Positions 8,025-17,471 are shown, counted from the stretch's first letter. The stretch: DNA of 32,000 nt from an uncultured Lachnospiraceae bacterium (GCA_910579865.1 CAJTXA010000001.1:161852-193851), one strand, 5' to 3'. Program-made: numbers and translations. The notes: a model not told the origin generated them from the sequence alone.

Positions 8025-8564
8025 TTATTTTTGCAAATATTTCGCTTTATAAGCCATCAATCCTGCAATTGTTTTTGCATCTCTTATTTTTCCAGAAAAA
8101 ATCATTTCTTCTAACTGTTCCATTTCCCATTCTTCTACATCAATAAATTCATCTTCGTCCAAATGCTGTCTAGAAGAAACTAATCTTGTTGCTACATATA
8201 CATCAATTCGCTCATCACAAAATGCTACCCAGCTGTCCAATGTAATAAGATGTTCTAATTTCTCACAGCGATATCCTGTCTCTTCTTCTAACTCTCTTTG
8301 TACGCACACTGCTGGATCTTCCTTACCATCTCGCTTTCCTGCTGGAATTTCAAGTGTCTCTCGATTAACAGCATTGCGATCTTGCCGTACCATTAGAATT
8401 TTTCCTTCTTCTGTCACTGGAACAACTGCAGCAGCTCCATTATGTTTAATAAAATCATATTCTACTACCTTTCCATCTGGCAGTTTAATTGTATCTTGAT
8501 ACACCCCAATAATTTTTCCCTGATAAATTAATTTTCGATTTAATCGTTCCTGTTTCATTTTCAC
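8025..8564 (-). CDS. nudF: NUDIX hydrolase, ADP-ribose pyrophosphatase-like
   Basis: Nudix box GKRDGKEDPAVCVQRELEEETGY. About 179 aa, the typical NudF size. The start abuts the proC stop. Confidence 0.8.
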   Translation of the reverse strand: MKMKQERLNRKLIYQGKIIGVYQDTIKLPDGKVVEYDFIKHNGAAAVVPVTEEGKILMVRQDRNAVNRETLEIPAGKRDGKEDPAVCVQRELEEETGYRCEKLEHLITLDSWVAFCDERIDVYVATRLVSSRQHLDEDEFIDVEEWEMEQLEEMIFSGKIRDAKTIAGLMAYKAKYLQK

Positions 8565-9365
8565 CTATTCTCCTTTTAATTCATTTGCCTTCTTATAACA
8601 AGCATCCGATGCTTTTAATATTGCATTGCGAAGCCCATATTCCTCACAAGCAGCAACTCCAGCAATTGTCGTTCCGCCAGGAGAACATACTCGATCCTTT
8701 AATACACCAGGATGCTCTTTTGTTTCTAAAACCATTTTCGCTGCTCCAAGTACAGTCTGCGCTGCCATTTCATAAGCAATTTCTCTTGAAAGCCCATATT
8801 TTACTCCACTGTCTGCCAAAGCTTCAATCAATAAATATACATACGCTGGTGCACTTCCACTTACACAAATTACCGTATTCATCAGATGTTCCTCTACCTT
8901 TTTTACTCGGCCAAATGAGGAAAATATTGCTTCTATTGTCTGTTGTTCTTCCAAAGAAAATTCTTCTTCTTGATAACTAATTCCTGTCATTCCTTCACCT
9001 AAAAGTGCTGGTGTATTTGGCATAGCACGTACCACTCGGACTTTCCCAAGCTCTTTACAAATCTTACTTCGTTCTATCCCTGCTGCAATTGATATCACAA
9101 CTTTATCTGAATCCATAGCAGGACGAATTTCTTTTAACACAGTAGAAAAATACTGTGGTTTAATTGCTAAAATAATATATTTTGCTGCTTTTGCACAGGA
9201 AAAATTATCATTTGCCCCTTCAATATTTGTTTCTTTTGTAAATTGTTCTCTCTTTTTTGCATCCTTTCTAGAAAAAATAATTTCTTCTTTTTTAAAAATG
9301 GTAATCATTCCTTTTAGCATAGCAGTTGCCATATTTCCCATTCCAATTATTGCTACTTTTTTCAT
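8565..9365 (-). CDS. proC: pyrroline-5-carboxylate reductase
   Basis: N-terminal Rossmann motif KVAIIGMGNMATAM. P5CR-like core RAMPNTPALLGEGMTG and C-terminal SPGGTTIAG. AAGGAGAAACG RBS before the ATG. Confidence 0.9.
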   Translation of the reverse strand: MKKVAIIGMGNMATAMLKGMITIFKKEEIIFSRKDAKKREQFTKETNIEGANDNFSCAKAAKYIILAIKPQYFSTVLKEIRPAMDSDKVVISIAAGIERSKICKELGKVRVVRAMPNTPALLGEGMTGISYQEEEFSLEEQQTIEAIFSSFGRVKKVEEHLMNTVICVSGSAPAYVYLLIEALADSGVKYGLSREIAYEMAAQTVLGAAKMVLETKEHPGVLKDRVCSPGGTTIAGVAACEEYGLRNAILKASDACYKKANELKGE

Positions 9366-9377
9366 CGTTTCTCCTTT

Positions 9378-9415
9378 AAATAAAACCGTCTGCCTTTCTA
9401 AAACAAACGGTTTTT
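9378..9415 (-). terminator. putative intrinsic terminator after the aminotransferase gene
   Basis: The minus strand reads AAAACCGT, a 17-nt loop, ACGGTTTT, then ATTT. The stem is only 8 bp and the loop is large, so support is moderate. Confidence 0.45.
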
Positions 9416-9423
9416 AAAAATAA

Positions 9424-10713
9424 TTATTTCTGTGTTAATATTTTTTCTATACTCACTAATTTTACACACAATGCAAACAATTTTGCTGTCTTTTTTATCT
9501 CCTCTAATGTAGGAAAAGTAGGAGCAATACGAATATTCGTATCCTTTGGATCGTTTCCATAAGGATATGTTGCTCCTGCCTGTGTCATTGTTACGCCTGC
9601 CTCCTTACACTTTGCAACAATCGCTTTTGCACACCCTTCCATCGCCTCAAAGCTAATAAAATATCCACCAAGTGGTTTTGTCCAAAAGCCAATTTCCAAA
9701 TCACCTAACTCTGTTTCTAAAATTTTTAGTACTGCTTCAAATTTTGGTCGAATTAATTCTGCATGGATCGCCATTTGTCTATGAATTCCTTCTAAATTTT
9801 TAAAATAGCGCACATGTCTTAGCTGATTTATCTTATCATATCCAATTGTCATAATTTTTAATTGCTTTCGAATCTCTTCTAGATTTGCAAAGGAAGCAGC
9901 CATTGCTGCAATTCCAGCACCTGAAAAACTAATTTTTGAAGTGGATGCAAACTCATAAACCAGATCTGGATTTCCTGCTTTCTCACACTCAGAAAGAATA
10001 TCTAAAATTTCAGTTGGCCTTTCTGGATCGAAATCGTGAACTGCATAAGCATTGTCCCAATAAATTCTAAAATCTGCTGCCTTTGGTTTTAAAGCAGCCA
10101 TTCTTTTTACTGTCTGATCGGAATAATTAATTCCCTGTGGATTAGAATATTTTGGTACACACCAAATGCCTTTGATACTTTCATCTTCTGCTACAAGCTG
10201 TTCAATTTGATCCATATCTGGTCCATCTTCTCTCATAGGAATTACAATCATCTCTATACCAAACCGTTCTGTAATCGCAAAATGTCTGTCATACCCCGGT
10301 GCTGGACAAAGCCATTTCACTTTTTCTAAGCAACACCAAGGTGTACTACCAGGCATAACTCCATGTGTATAACAACGAGAAATTGAATCATACATAATGC
10401 TTAAACTAGAATTTCCATAGACAACAACCTTTTCTGGCACTGTTCCCATAATATCCGCCATCAATCTTTTTGCTTCTATAATTCCATCCATCGCACCATA
10501 ATTTCTGCTGTCAAATCCCTCTTCTGTCTGGTAATCTGATTGACTATCTAAAACATCCATCATCCCCATAACACGGTTTAATTGTGATATTCCTGGTTTT
10601 CCTCTAGACATATCCAGTTTTAACCCCATCTTTTTTATTTCTTGATATTGTTGTTCTAATTTAGATTGTAATTCTATTAGTTCTTCCTTTGTTTGGTTGG
10701 TATATGCTTTCAT
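9424..10713 (-). CDS. PLP-dependent aminotransferase (class I/II fold; aspartate-aminotransferase-like family)
   Basis: About 430 aa. LDMSRGKP N-terminal motif, and a PLP-lysine context of FASTSKISFSGAGIA. I prefer the start at M15 of the track ORF (MKAYTNQTKEEL) because GGAGGAAG lies just upstream. Confidence 0.8.
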   Translation of the reverse strand: MKAYTNQTKEELIELQSKLEQQYQEIKKMGLKLDMSRGKPGISQLNRVMGMMDVLDSQSDYQTEEGFDSRNYGAMDGIIEAKRLMADIMGTVPEKVVVYGNSSLSIMYDSISRCYTHGVMPGSTPWCCLEKVKWLCPAPGYDRHFAITERFGIEMIVIPMREDGPDMDQIEQLVAEDESIKGIWCVPKYSNPQGINYSDQTVKRMAALKPKAADFRIYWDNAYAVHDFDPERPTEILDILSECEKAGNPDLVYEFASTSKISFSGAGIAAMAASFANLEEIRKQLKIMTIGYDKINQLRHVRYFKNLEGIHRQMAIHAELIRPKFEAVLKILETELGDLEIGFWTKPLGGYFISFEAMEGCAKAIVAKCKEAGVTMTQAGATYPYGNDPKDTNIRIAPTFPTLEEIKKTAKLFALCVKLVSIEKILTQK

Positions 10714-10797
10714 AATCTTCCTCCATTTTCCCAGAAAATCAGTTTGTTTTTGCAAGTTTGTTGATATAAAATTTCATTTTTATAGAAAACTGCTTTA

Positions 10798-10827
10798 CAT
10801 TTTATGGGATTATGGAGAATTTGTCAA
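10798..10827 (-). promoter_or_regulatory. sigma-A-type promoter for the aminotransferase gene
   Basis: The minus strand reads TTGACA, then 17-18 nt, then TAAAAAT. It lies about 85 nt upstream of the preferred start. Confidence 0.45.
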
Positions 10828-10848
10828 TATCAAATTGCAAAATTTGTT

Positions 10849-11814
10849 TTAGGATTCCTCTTTAGAAAACAATTCAGGATAAAGCATCTTGGCAATCTCC
10901 TCAATTGCATCTACATTCCGATCACACTGTCGATTTAACAAATTTTCATCTATTGTATAAACTCGTCCTTCTTTTACTGCCCGAAGTTCCGAATAAGGCG
11001 CTAATTCAATAAATCCTGCATAATCTCTTTCTGAAACAAGAATTACATCTGGGTCATCCTCTAAAAGCTGTTCTACTGAATAAGACCAGCCTTTGCTTTC
11101 TTCTGCTACATTTTTTCCACCTGCAGCCGTTAAAATCTGATGGATAAAGGTATCTCCTCCTGCTGTAAAATCTCCTCCCTCACCATAACTAACCACATAA
11201 TAAATCGAAACTGGCGACATCTGTTGGACTTTTTCTGTTACAGCAGCAATTCGCTTTTGCATATCTTCTACAATCTCTAAAGATCTTTTTTCCCGATTTA
11301 AAACAGTTCCCAATGTAGTAATAATCTGATAAACTCCTTCTAATTTTGTTTCTTCATGAAAAACCAATACTGAAATTCCCATGTCTTCTAACTGTTTTTT
11401 TGATTCCTCTAAAAAAAGAGTCGAAGCAATTACCAAATCTGGTTCCAAACTAAGAATTTTTTCTATATCTGGTGTATACAGCGTTCCAATTGTATCTACA
11501 GAAAGAACCTCTTCTGGATAATCACAATATTCCGTTCTTCCAACTAACTTTTCTTGCGCTCCAAGCGAATAAATCAATTCTGTTATATTTGGTCCTACCG
11601 AAACTACTCGCAAAGGTTCCTGTTCTATCTTAACTTCCTCTCCATTTGCACCTTCTACTACAACTGGATAGGAAACTTTCTCTGTGTTTTTTTCCTCGTT
11701 TAAATTCTCTCTTGTTTCTTCTGTTTCAATTATTGTTGTTTCTTTTGGTTTCTCACCACAGCCAACTAACGCAATTAAAATAAAAAATAACAGTAACTTT
11801 GTCACTTTTTTCAT
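10849..11814 (-). CDS. ABC-transporter substrate-binding lipoprotein, BtuF/FhuD (Peripla_BP_2)-like
   Basis: Signal peptide with lipobox LIALVGC. Motif LRVVSVGPNITELIYSLGAQEKLVGRTEYCDYPEE is typical of cobalamin/siderophore binding proteins. Strong RBS AAGGAGGAG. The gene starts 21 nt after the parC-like stop. Confidence 0.8.
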   Translation of the reverse strand: MKKVTKLLLFFILIALVGCGEKPKETTIIETEETRENLNEEKNTEKVSYPVVVEGANGEEVKIEQEPLRVVSVGPNITELIYSLGAQEKLVGRTEYCDYPEEVLSVDTIGTLYTPDIEKILSLEPDLVIASTLFLEESKKQLEDMGISVLVFHEETKLEGVYQIITTLGTVLNREKRSLEIVEDMQKRIAAVTEKVQQMSPVSIYYVVSYGEGGDFTAGGDTFIHQILTAAGGKNVAEESKGWSYSVEQLLEDDPDVILVSERDYAGFIELAPYSELRAVKEGRVYTIDENLLNRQCDRNVDAIEEIAKMLYPELFSKEES

Positions 11815-11835
11815 AATCGTATCTCCTCCTTCTTA

Positions 11836-14079
11836 TTACAAACGCAGCTTTGTTCCCTTTTCATCTCGTTTCATCTCTTTTACTCTTGAAACAGCTACTT
11901 TATTATTTCGATAGGTAAACATTTCCTGTTCATTCTCTAACAAAAATGCTTGTTCAATATAATCCTTTTCTGCTAGTTTCATTCCTCGTACACCAATCGC
12001 ACTTTTCTTTTTTTCTGATACTTCCTCCAAAGAAAAACGTAACATATATCCTCCATGAGAAGATAATAACACTTCCGTTTCATTTTCTAAAACAGGACAA
12101 ACACAGACAACCTTATCAAATTCTTCTAATTTGGTTGCCATTACCGTTTTTCGATTGACGTCAAACTCAGATGCATCTACTAGTTTTACCATTCCTTTTG
12201 TGGTAGCAAAAAAAAGTTTTCTTTCTCGAATATAAGAAAAAGTAAAAATCCCAACAATTGCTTCCCCTGCACTAGAATAATTTCCTAAGTTATCAATTGG
12301 TCGTCCTTTATCCCGCAGCTTTCCAAAAGGAATATCTAACATTTTAATCTGATGCATATTTCCAGTATCTGTAAAAATACAGATTCGATCCGTATTCATA
12401 CAACGAAATACATATTTATTCTCATGTTCTATTGTCTCTGTATTTCTTTCATAAGTAGAAAGATCCATTGTCTTTGCATATCCAAATCGATCCATTGTAA
12501 AGACAATCTCCTGCTCTGCAATTGGTGCTTCCTCGTAGACTGCTGCCTGCGCATTTAAAATTTCTGTTCTTCGTTCCAATGAAAATTCTTTTCGAATTGC
12601 CTCTAAATCTTTTTGAATTACACGCAGCATAGAGGAATGATTTTCCAAAATATCTGTATATTGTGCAATATTTTTTAAAATCTCTTTATATTCCTTTTCT
12701 AATGCTTGTATCTCTAATCCAACTAACTTTTGCAATCGAAGCTCCAAAATAGCAGTCGCTTGTGCTTCTGTAAAATTTAACTTTGCCGCTGCCTTTTGTG
12801 AAGTTTGTTTTTTAAATTGAATCTTACTTGTCTCTCCACTTATTAAACACTTTTTAACCTCTTTTATCGAACGACTTCCTCTTATAATTTCAATAATTAA
12901 ATCTAAACAGTCATAAGCTCTCATTAGTCCTTCTTTTATTTCTTTTTTTTCCAATTCCTTTTTTAAAAGATATTGATATTTTCTGGAAACCAAATCAATT
13001 TGAAAGTCCAAATAGTGACGAATAATATCTCGAATTCCAAGTTTTTCTGGCTTTCCATTTATAATTGTCAGCATATTTACCCCAAAAGTATCTTCTAATT
13101 TTGTCTTTTTATAAAGCAAATTGGACAATTTTTCAATATCTGCATTTTTTCTTAATTCCAGTACAATCCGAATTCCTTCTTTTGAACTCTGATTTAAAAT
13201 ATCTACAATATCTGTTGTTTTTTTCGCCTCTACCAAACCTGCAATATCAGCTAAAAGTTTTCCAAGATTACTTCCAATCAAAGTATAAGGAATCTCTGTA
13301 ATAACTAACTTATCTCGTTCATTTTTCTTTTTTGCTGGTTCAAATTCTAACTTTCCACGTACCTTAATTTTTCCGCTACCAGTCCTATAAATTTCTTCTA
13401 ATTCACTTTGATTAATTACAATTCCACCTGTTGGAAAATCTGGACCTTTTATATATTCCATTAATTCTTTTGTACTGATCTCTTCTTTTTCAATAAAAGC
13501 TTCTACTGCCAAAATTACCTCTCCAAGATTATGTGGCGGAATCGATGTAACCATTCCAACTGCTATTCCATCTGCTCCATTCACCAAAATATTAGGAACC
13601 CGAACAGGCAAAACTTCTGGTTCTTGTTCTGTTTCATCAAAGTTTGATAAAAAGTTAATTACATTTTTGTCTAAATCTTTTAGATAGACTTCCTGTGTAA
13701 ATTTTTTCAATCTAGCTTCTGTATACCGCATTGCAGCTGGAGAATCTCCCTCTATTGAACCAAAATTTCCATGTCCATCTACTAGTGCCATTCCTTTCTT
13801 AAAATCCTGCTCCATTACAACAAGTGCTTCATAAATAGAACTATCTCCATGTGGATGATACTTTCCCATTGTATCTCCAACAATTCTAGCCGACTTTCGA
13901 TGGGGCTTATCAAAATTTAACCCTAATTCATGCATTGCATATAAAACTCGACGCTGTACTGGTTTTAATCCATCTCGTACATCTGGCACTGCTCGAGAAG
14001 TAATTACACTCATTGCATAATCCACAAAACTTTTCTGCATTACATCAGCAAATTCTGTACTAATAATCTGCTCCGCCAT
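11836..14079 (-). CDS. parC: type IIA DNA topoisomerase subunit A, ParC-like (topoisomerase IV subunit A or second GyrA paralog)
   Basis: VPDVRDGLKPVQRRVLYAM motif. QRDR-type HPHGDSSIYEALV. Catalytic Tyr context AAMRYTEARL. It is only 747 aa and I found no GyrA-box (QRRGGKG-like) in the C-terminal domain. Confidence 0.7.
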   Translation of the reverse strand: MAEQIISTEFADVMQKSFVDYAMSVITSRAVPDVRDGLKPVQRRVLYAMHELGLNFDKPHRKSARIVGDTMGKYHPHGDSSIYEALVVMEQDFKKGMALVDGHGNFGSIEGDSPAAMRYTEARLKKFTQEVYLKDLDKNVINFLSNFDETEQEPEVLPVRVPNILVNGADGIAVGMVTSIPPHNLGEVILAVEAFIEKEEISTKELMEYIKGPDFPTGGIVINQSELEEIYRTGSGKIKVRGKLEFEPAKKKNERDKLVITEIPYTLIGSNLGKLLADIAGLVEAKKTTDIVDILNQSSKEGIRIVLELRKNADIEKLSNLLYKKTKLEDTFGVNMLTIINGKPEKLGIRDIIRHYLDFQIDLVSRKYQYLLKKELEKKEIKEGLMRAYDCLDLIIEIIRGSRSIKEVKKCLISGETSKIQFKKQTSQKAAAKLNFTEAQATAILELRLQKLVGLEIQALEKEYKEILKNIAQYTDILENHSSMLRVIQKDLEAIRKEFSLERRTEILNAQAAVYEEAPIAEQEIVFTMDRFGYAKTMDLSTYERNTETIEHENKYVFRCMNTDRICIFTDTGNMHQIKMLDIPFGKLRDKGRPIDNLGNYSSAGEAIVGIFTFSYIRERKLFFATTKGMVKLVDASEFDVNRKTVMATKLEEFDKVVCVCPVLENETEVLLSSHGGYMLRFSLEEVSEKKKSAIGVRGMKLAEKDYIEQAFLLENEQEMFTYRNNKVAVSRVKEMKRDEKGTKLRL

Positions 14080-14127
14080 AATACTCTTCCTTTCTATCTC
14101 AAATTCTTATCACAATCCTTCTCTTTT

Positions 14128-16047
14128 CTATGCATCAATCTCAGCCTCTTTTGCATGGTTATAAATAAATTCCCGTCGAAGTAGCACATCACTTCCCATT
14201 AAAATAGAAGTCACATCAGAAGCCATCTTTCCATCTTCAATTTCTACCCGTTTTAACATCCGAGTTTCTGGATTTAAAGTCGTTTCCCAAAGTTGGGCTG
14301 CATCCATCTCTCCAAGTCCTTTATAACGCTGTAAAATAAAATTTTTATGTGTTTTTCGATATTTTTCTAGTGCCTTATCATCATACAGATACTCTTCTGC
14401 TCCCCGCTTAGGTATTGCTTTATAAAGCGGTGGCATAGCAATATAGACATGTCCCTCGTAGATTAACTCTGGCATAAATCGATAAAATAACGTTAAAAGT
14501 AAAGTACTAATATGTGCTCCATCGACATCTGCATCTGCCATAATAATAATTTTATGATAGCGCAGCTTCGAAATATCAAAATCATTTCCATATCCCTCTG
14601 AAAAGCCACAGCCAAACGCTAGTATCATAGTCTGAATTTCTGCATTTGCCAGTACTTTATCCATTGTCGCTTTTTCTACATTTAGTATCTTTCCACGAAT
14701 TGGCAAAATCGCTTGATAGAGTCGATTTCTTGCCATCTTAGCAGATCCCCCTGCTGAATCCCCTTCTACAATAAAAATTTCACATTTAGAAGCATCCCGA
14801 CTTTCACAATTTGCCAATTTCCCATTCGAATCAAATGAAAATTTAGGTTTTGTCAACATATTCGTTCGGGCTTTCTCTTCCGCTTTTCGAATCTTAGCTG
14901 ACTTCTCTGCACATCCAATTACATTTTTTAAAATTTCCAAATTTTTATCAAAAAATAGCTGTAATTCTTCATTTGTAATTTGTGAAGTTGCTTTTGTTGC
15001 ATCTGGATTATCCAATTTCGTTTTCGTCTGTCCCTCAAACCGAGGATCTGGATGTTTGATTGATACGACTGCTGTCATCCCATTTCGGACATCTGCTCCA
15101 GTAAAGTTTGTATCCTTCTCTTTTAAAATTCCAAGTTCTCGTGCATAACTATTGATTACCGTTGTAAAACTGGTTTTAAATCCTGTTAGATGTGTTCCTC
15201 CCTCTTGGGTATAAATATTATTGCAAAATCCCAAAACATTTTCTTGAAAATCATTGATGTACTGGAACGCTACATCTATCACAATTTGATCCAATTCTCC
15301 ATGGAAGGCAATTACATCATGTATGGTTTCTTTTCCTTCATTTAAAGCACGTACAAAACCTCGAATCCCTTCTTTTTCATGAAATACAACCTTTTCTTCC
15401 TCTCCAAAACGCTTATTTTCAAAATAAATCGTAAGTTCTGGATTTAAGTAGGCTGTCTCATGTAAACGGCTTTTTACTGCATCTGCTTTAAAATGAATTT
15501 GATCAAAAATTTCTTCATCTGGTAAAAAATTAATTCTTGTTCCTGTCTGTCTTGTCTTTCCAATAATAGGAAGCAACCCATCCACTAATTCAACAACTGG
15601 AACTCCTCTTTCATAGCGATCATGATGAATTCCACCATCTTTTGAAATTTGAATATCCATATAAGTTGACAATGCATTTACTACAGAAGAACCCACACCA
15701 TGCAAACCACCACTTGTTTTATAAGCGCCATCTCCAAACTTTCCTCCTGCATGAAGCGTAGTATAAACAATTCGTGCTGCTGGAAGTCCTTTTGGATGCA
15801 TATCCACTGGAACACCTCGTCCATTATCTTTTATTGTAGCAGAACCATCTTGTTCCAATGTTACCCAAATTGAATCACAATATCCATTTAAATGCTCATC
15901 TACTGCATTATCTACTATCTCATAGATTAGATGATTCAATCCCTTTACTGATACGCTTCCAATATACATTCCTGGTCGTTTTCTTACTGCTTCCAGTCCC
16001 TCCAACACGGTAATATTTTGCGCATTGTAAGTATCCTTCGCTCCCAC
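14128..16047 (-). CDS. parE: type IIA DNA topoisomerase subunit B, ParE-like
   Basis: LEGLEAVRKRPGMYIGS motif. Toprim motifs IVEGDSAGGSAK and PIRGKILNVEKA, plus IMADADVDGAHI. 639 aa. GTG start with AAGGAAG upstream. It lies directly upstream of the ParC-like gene. Confidence 0.7.
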   Translation of the reverse strand: MGAKDTYNAQNITVLEGLEAVRKRPGMYIGSVSVKGLNHLIYEIVDNAVDEHLNGYCDSIWVTLEQDGSATIKDNGRGVPVDMHPKGLPAARIVYTTLHAGGKFGDGAYKTSGGLHGVGSSVVNALSTYMDIQISKDGGIHHDRYERGVPVVELVDGLLPIIGKTRQTGTRINFLPDEEIFDQIHFKADAVKSRLHETAYLNPELTIYFENKRFGEEEKVVFHEKEGIRGFVRALNEGKETIHDVIAFHGELDQIVIDVAFQYINDFQENVLGFCNNIYTQEGGTHLTGFKTSFTTVINSYARELGILKEKDTNFTGADVRNGMTAVVSIKHPDPRFEGQTKTKLDNPDATKATSQITNEELQLFFDKNLEILKNVIGCAEKSAKIRKAEEKARTNMLTKPKFSFDSNGKLANCESRDASKCEIFIVEGDSAGGSAKMARNRLYQAILPIRGKILNVEKATMDKVLANAEIQTMILAFGCGFSEGYGNDFDISKLRYHKIIIMADADVDGAHISTLLLTLFYRFMPELIYEGHVYIAMPPLYKAIPKRGAEEYLYDDKALEKYRKTHKNFILQRYKGLGEMDAAQLWETTLNPETRMLKRVEIEDGKMASDVTSILMGSDVLLRREFIYNHAKEAEIDA

Positions 16048-16292
16048 TTTCCCATCTTCCTTTCTTTTTTCTCCTATCCTTCCATTTTGTCAAAAGGATA
16101 TTTCTAACCTACTCTACCACAACCTTTTCTTTTTTTCCAGTGAATTTACGATATTTTAATAATTTTTTCGACCATTTGTTCGAATCAAGACTTTTTTCTT
16201 CTCTCCCTATCCGCAAAACATATACATACTACCATAATGCTTCCTACTTTTCTATACCCTTTTCCTAAATTAGATTATTTTATATTTAATTT

Positions 16293-16341
16293 AAAAAGTT
16301 CTGAAAACAGCGGATTTCTCCGCATATTTTCAGAACTTTTT
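16293..16341 (-). terminator. intrinsic (bidirectional-looking) terminator after the HD-GYP gene
   Basis: AAAAAGTTCTGAAAA ... TTTTCAGAACTTTTT forms a 15-nt inverted repeat enclosing an inner GCGGA/TCCGC stem. It is flanked by A and T runs and lies about 26 nt downstream of the stop at 16367. Confidence 0.7.
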
Positions 16342-16366
16342 AAGATATTCTTTCTATGTATTCTCT

Positions 16367-17080
16367 TTATTTCCACCAAGCACAACTTCCCCCCTGAAAA
16401 GCGGCTTTAAATGCAGTACTCACATAGGGATCATAACGTGTAGAACGTACAATATAATACAGAGAATCCTGTACACTACTTTTTGTATGATAGGGACGAC
16501 TAGAAGTCAATGCATCAAATGTATCACAAATTGCAAGTATTCTAGCACACAATGGTATCTGCTCCCCATTATAATTTAGTGGATATCCCCCTCCACAAAA
16601 TCGTTCATGATGCATCAACACACCAAATAAAATATCGGAATCCTTCTCAACCTCAGAAAGAAGTCGGTATGCATAGATTGGATGCTTACGAATCTGAATC
16701 ATTTCTTTTTCGGAAACGCCGCATGGCTTTCTTAAAATATCGGTTCCCACCATTACTTTTCCGATATCATGAAGTACGCCAGCTATTACAATTTTTTCAA
16801 ACTCAGCGTCATTTAAATCTAATTTTTTTGCCGTAATTCCTGCAAGTAACCCCACGCCGATTAAATGATAAAAAGTCTCCCCATCAAACTCTCTTACCGT
16901 TTCGATAAGATACGCATATTTCCCATACTTTTCATCTTCTTTTTCTGCTCCTAAAATCTTACGAAGCAGATTTGTTACCGGTTCTAGCAATTCTGGATCA
17001 AAATCAATTTCATATTCAGAAACCACTATATTCAGAGCACGAAGCCTGCTGTCTTTTGGTGTAATTTTCATTTGTTCCAT
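16367..17080 (-). CDS. HD-GYP domain protein (putative cyclic-di-GMP phosphodiesterase), no receiver or sensor domain
   Basis: HDIGK and HHERFCGGGYP motifs, plus ICDTFDALTSSRPY. 237 aa. RBS AAAGGAGAAG. Confidence 0.8.
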   Translation of the reverse strand: MEQMKITPKDSRLRALNIVVSEYEIDFDPELLEPVTNLLRKILGAEKEDEKYGKYAYLIETVREFDGETFYHLIGVGLLAGITAKKLDLNDAEFEKIVIAGVLHDIGKVMVGTDILRKPCGVSEKEMIQIRKHPIYAYRLLSEVEKDSDILFGVLMHHERFCGGGYPLNYNGEQIPLCARILAICDTFDALTSSRPYHTKSSVQDSLYYIVRSTRYDPYVSTAFKAAFQGGSCAWWK

Positions 17081-17215
17081 AATTCTTCTCCTTTCTTACG
17101 CATATCCTAAAACAATTTCAAAATACCTCCCATTAAAGTTATTGTACCACAATTTTTAAAAGAAAGAAATATTTATTAAAATTTTATTTCTATATTTATA
17201 AAACAACAAATACTC

Positions 17216-17437
17216 CTATAATCTAATAGGAGCACTTCTTAAATTTCTAACAAAACTCTCATCATCTGAAATTTTTATATTAAGTTTGTACCATTTCATG
17301 TCAACTTCATAAATTAAATGATCAAACATAGTAGCATTCATAATAAGCTGGTAAGGGGGTATTCCCAAATTATTACTTACGATAATCGACATACAATTTT
17401 CTTCTAATAACCCCTTTCCACCTATCCATACTGGCAT
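17216..17437 (-). CDS. small hypothetical protein (73 aa)
   Basis: AAGGTG RBS 6 nt before the ATG. A TTGTCT-17-TATATT promoter-like element lies upstream, and a CTCCTAT/ATAGGAG hairpin plus a T-rich tract overlaps the stop. I recognise no family. Confidence 0.4.
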   Translation of the reverse strand: MPVWIGGKGLLEENCMSIIVSNNLGIPPYQLIMNATMFDHLIYEVDMKWYKLNIKISDDESFVRNLRSAPIRL

Positions 17438-17471
17438 AAAAGCACCTTATACCATTACAAATATACAAGTT

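Noticed and set aside
8510-8590. An apparent frame inconsistency when I hand-translated across the nudF start and proC stop. One C too many seemed to be present near 8520, and one T too few near 8580.
   Set aside because: The provided ORF track gives uninterrupted, motif-consistent proteins on both sides, and coordinates check out at 8025 and 9365. I attribute the discrepancy to my own miscounting of homopolymer runs rather than to a real frameshift. It is also the reason I give a +/-1-2 nt caveat on hand-placed features.
9366-11835. Riboswitch or T-box candidates upstream of proC, the aminotransferase and the BtuF-like binding protein.
   Set aside because: The leaders are short or unstructured. 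I saw no T-box specifier/antiterminator motif and no cobalamin B12-box. The binding-protein gene has only a 21-nt upstream gap.
16170-16195. A GTTCGAATC T-loop-like motif that could hint at a second tRNA.
   Set aside because: The flanking sequence offers only a 3-bp T-stem and no acceptor, D or anticodon arms, so it is not a tRNA.
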